This document shows, piece by piece, positions 62,531-64,000 of a DNA stretch of 64,000 nt. The notes below the pieces were generated by a model that worked only from the letters and a program-made list of their open reading frames with translations, did not search any database and was not told the origin of the DNA. Source of the stretch: Antedon mediterranea (taxonomy: Eukaryota; Animalia; Echinodermata); assembly GCF_964355755.1 (NCBI RefSeq), contig NC_092675.1, positions 14,604,912 through 14,668,911 on the forward strand. The letters are read 5' to 3'. Made by a program: the position numbers and the translations under genes. Position 1 is the first letter of the stretch. Each line of letters begins with the position of its first letter.

Positions 62531-64000
62531 GCTAACAAACAAACAAATGAAAGCACTCAGAAACTGAGTGAAGTACTTGGCAAAATATATCCACTGACTG
62601 GGAGCATGTTGAAAGATACAATTTTTGCTTTAGGTATTATCTTTACATGGTTAAAATACTGATAAGGTTAATAATTTGTGTAAATAATTTTTAATGCAAA
62701 CAATTCCGGCATTGCAACAATGACCTTTCTAAAATCAAGTTTGACCAGAATAATGGTCGAGGAGTGTCTTGAAGCTGTACCGATTTGCGGCGCCTCTGCC
62801 TTAACCCATGTAGTAATATATCAATTTACCTGAAAATCAATAGGCATGTTCTGTAAGTATATACCTGATGAAATAAGGAAGGACACACGCTGGTGCTAAC
62901 AAAACTACTTATCAACTTACAATAGTTTAATTTGAATAACAATAGAACAGCAACGCCAAAAACAAACGGGTGAATTTGAAAAGAAATAGGTTTTTTTAAA
63001 CTACTCGTATAAAAAAGCTGGTACACTGAATCAACTTTTGTTTTAAAATTAAAAATCACAATTTATAACTCTTGCCTCTTGTACAAAAATGATGTTTTTT
63101 GGACAAGTAGTTCTCGAGAAAATGCAATTTCAGTACACTTGTTACTTTAAGACTGCTCGCCGGCTTTTGAAAATTGTCTCCTATCTTTTAACACTAGCCG
63201 GTCTGAAAATAATATCATTTTTGTTATTTGTGAAGTTATTAATAAACCAATTTTGTTGATTTTCAATAGGCATGGTCTGACAATATATACCTATCTACAC
63301 CCAAAAATTCAGAACGATAACTTGAAAACTGTAGGCGCTATCGTGCTAACAAACAAACAAACAAACAAACATACAAACATACATACAAACAAAGTGAATA
63401 CTATACTTGGCAAAATTCTTTTTTGCCAAGTAACAAACATACAAACATACAAACATACAAACATACATACAAACAAAGTGAATACTATACTTGGCAAAAT
63501 TCTTTTTTGCCAAGTAACAAACTAGCCTTCGCGCATAGCGCGATACTTGGCCAAATCAAAATTGGCCTCCTCCAATTTTCACCAAAAGTGTGTGTCTTAT
63601 GCTGTGTGATTTAGGCTAATTTCACTACAATCATGTGTATACGAGTTTGGTGTACAGGTTATGTAACCAGCCTTTCAACGAACAATAGCTTCAGTCGGCT
63701 AACAATAGAACAGCAACGCGAAAAACACACGGGTGAATTTGAAAAGAAATAGGTTTTGTAAATTACTCGCATCAAAAAACCTCTATATTAAATCTAATTC
63801 AGTTTTAAAATTACAAATCAAAAATTATAACTCTTGCCTCTTGTACAAAAATGAAGTTTTTTGGAAAAGTAGTTCTCGAGAAAATTTAATTTTAGTTTAC
63901 GTGTTACTTTAAAACTGCTCACCGGCTTTTGAAAATTGTCTCCTATCTTTTAACACTAGCCGTTCTGAAAATAATATCATTTTTGTTATTTGTGAAGTTA

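Larger units (their letters stand above)
55781..64000 (+). repeat. Array of Helentron-associated (HINE/DINE-like) repeat units
   Basis: actagaaag.cactccgagag.gcatacctccgcc starts at 55781 and ~56848; shared ~0.8-1.1-kb cores; (ACAA/ACAT)n; 3' hairpin tacttggcaaaa..ttttgccaagta twice at 63404-63516; new unit at 63521. Confidence 0.7.

Noticed and set aside
57760-63525. Near-identical short ORFs (MLFNFKTK.., MLMFNRHG..)
   Set aside because: They arise from repeat-unit duplication and show no coding features.

Overview
AT-rich animal genomic DNA, probably a marine invertebrate (inference). It holds one recognisable host gene: cystathionine gamma-lyase (CTH) on the minus strand, with 7 coding exons from 30482 down to 3268 and its 3' end outside the window. 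Almost everything else is nested transposable elements. These include a Helitron-like element containing a Harbinger MITE, which contains an L2 LINE, which contains an intact autonomous Harbinger. There are also hAT, Tc1/pogo, MULE, Academ and CAC..GTG elements, two Gypsy LTR elements (one 290 bp upstream of the CTH ATG), Rex-type LINE relics, an intact PHD-APE-RT LINE with a 2A-like peptide, and a HINE-like array. The most unusual region is about 39.7-43.95 kb. It carries a decayed two-gene module: a RAG1/Transib/Chapaev-like DDE transposase plus a spliced chromo-barrel (Tudor-knot) accessory gene. Next to it are a fully foldable tRNA-like gene with an ATC anticodon and a Penelope-type minimal hammerhead ribozyme. 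All family assignments come from motif recognition by eye; no database searches were run.
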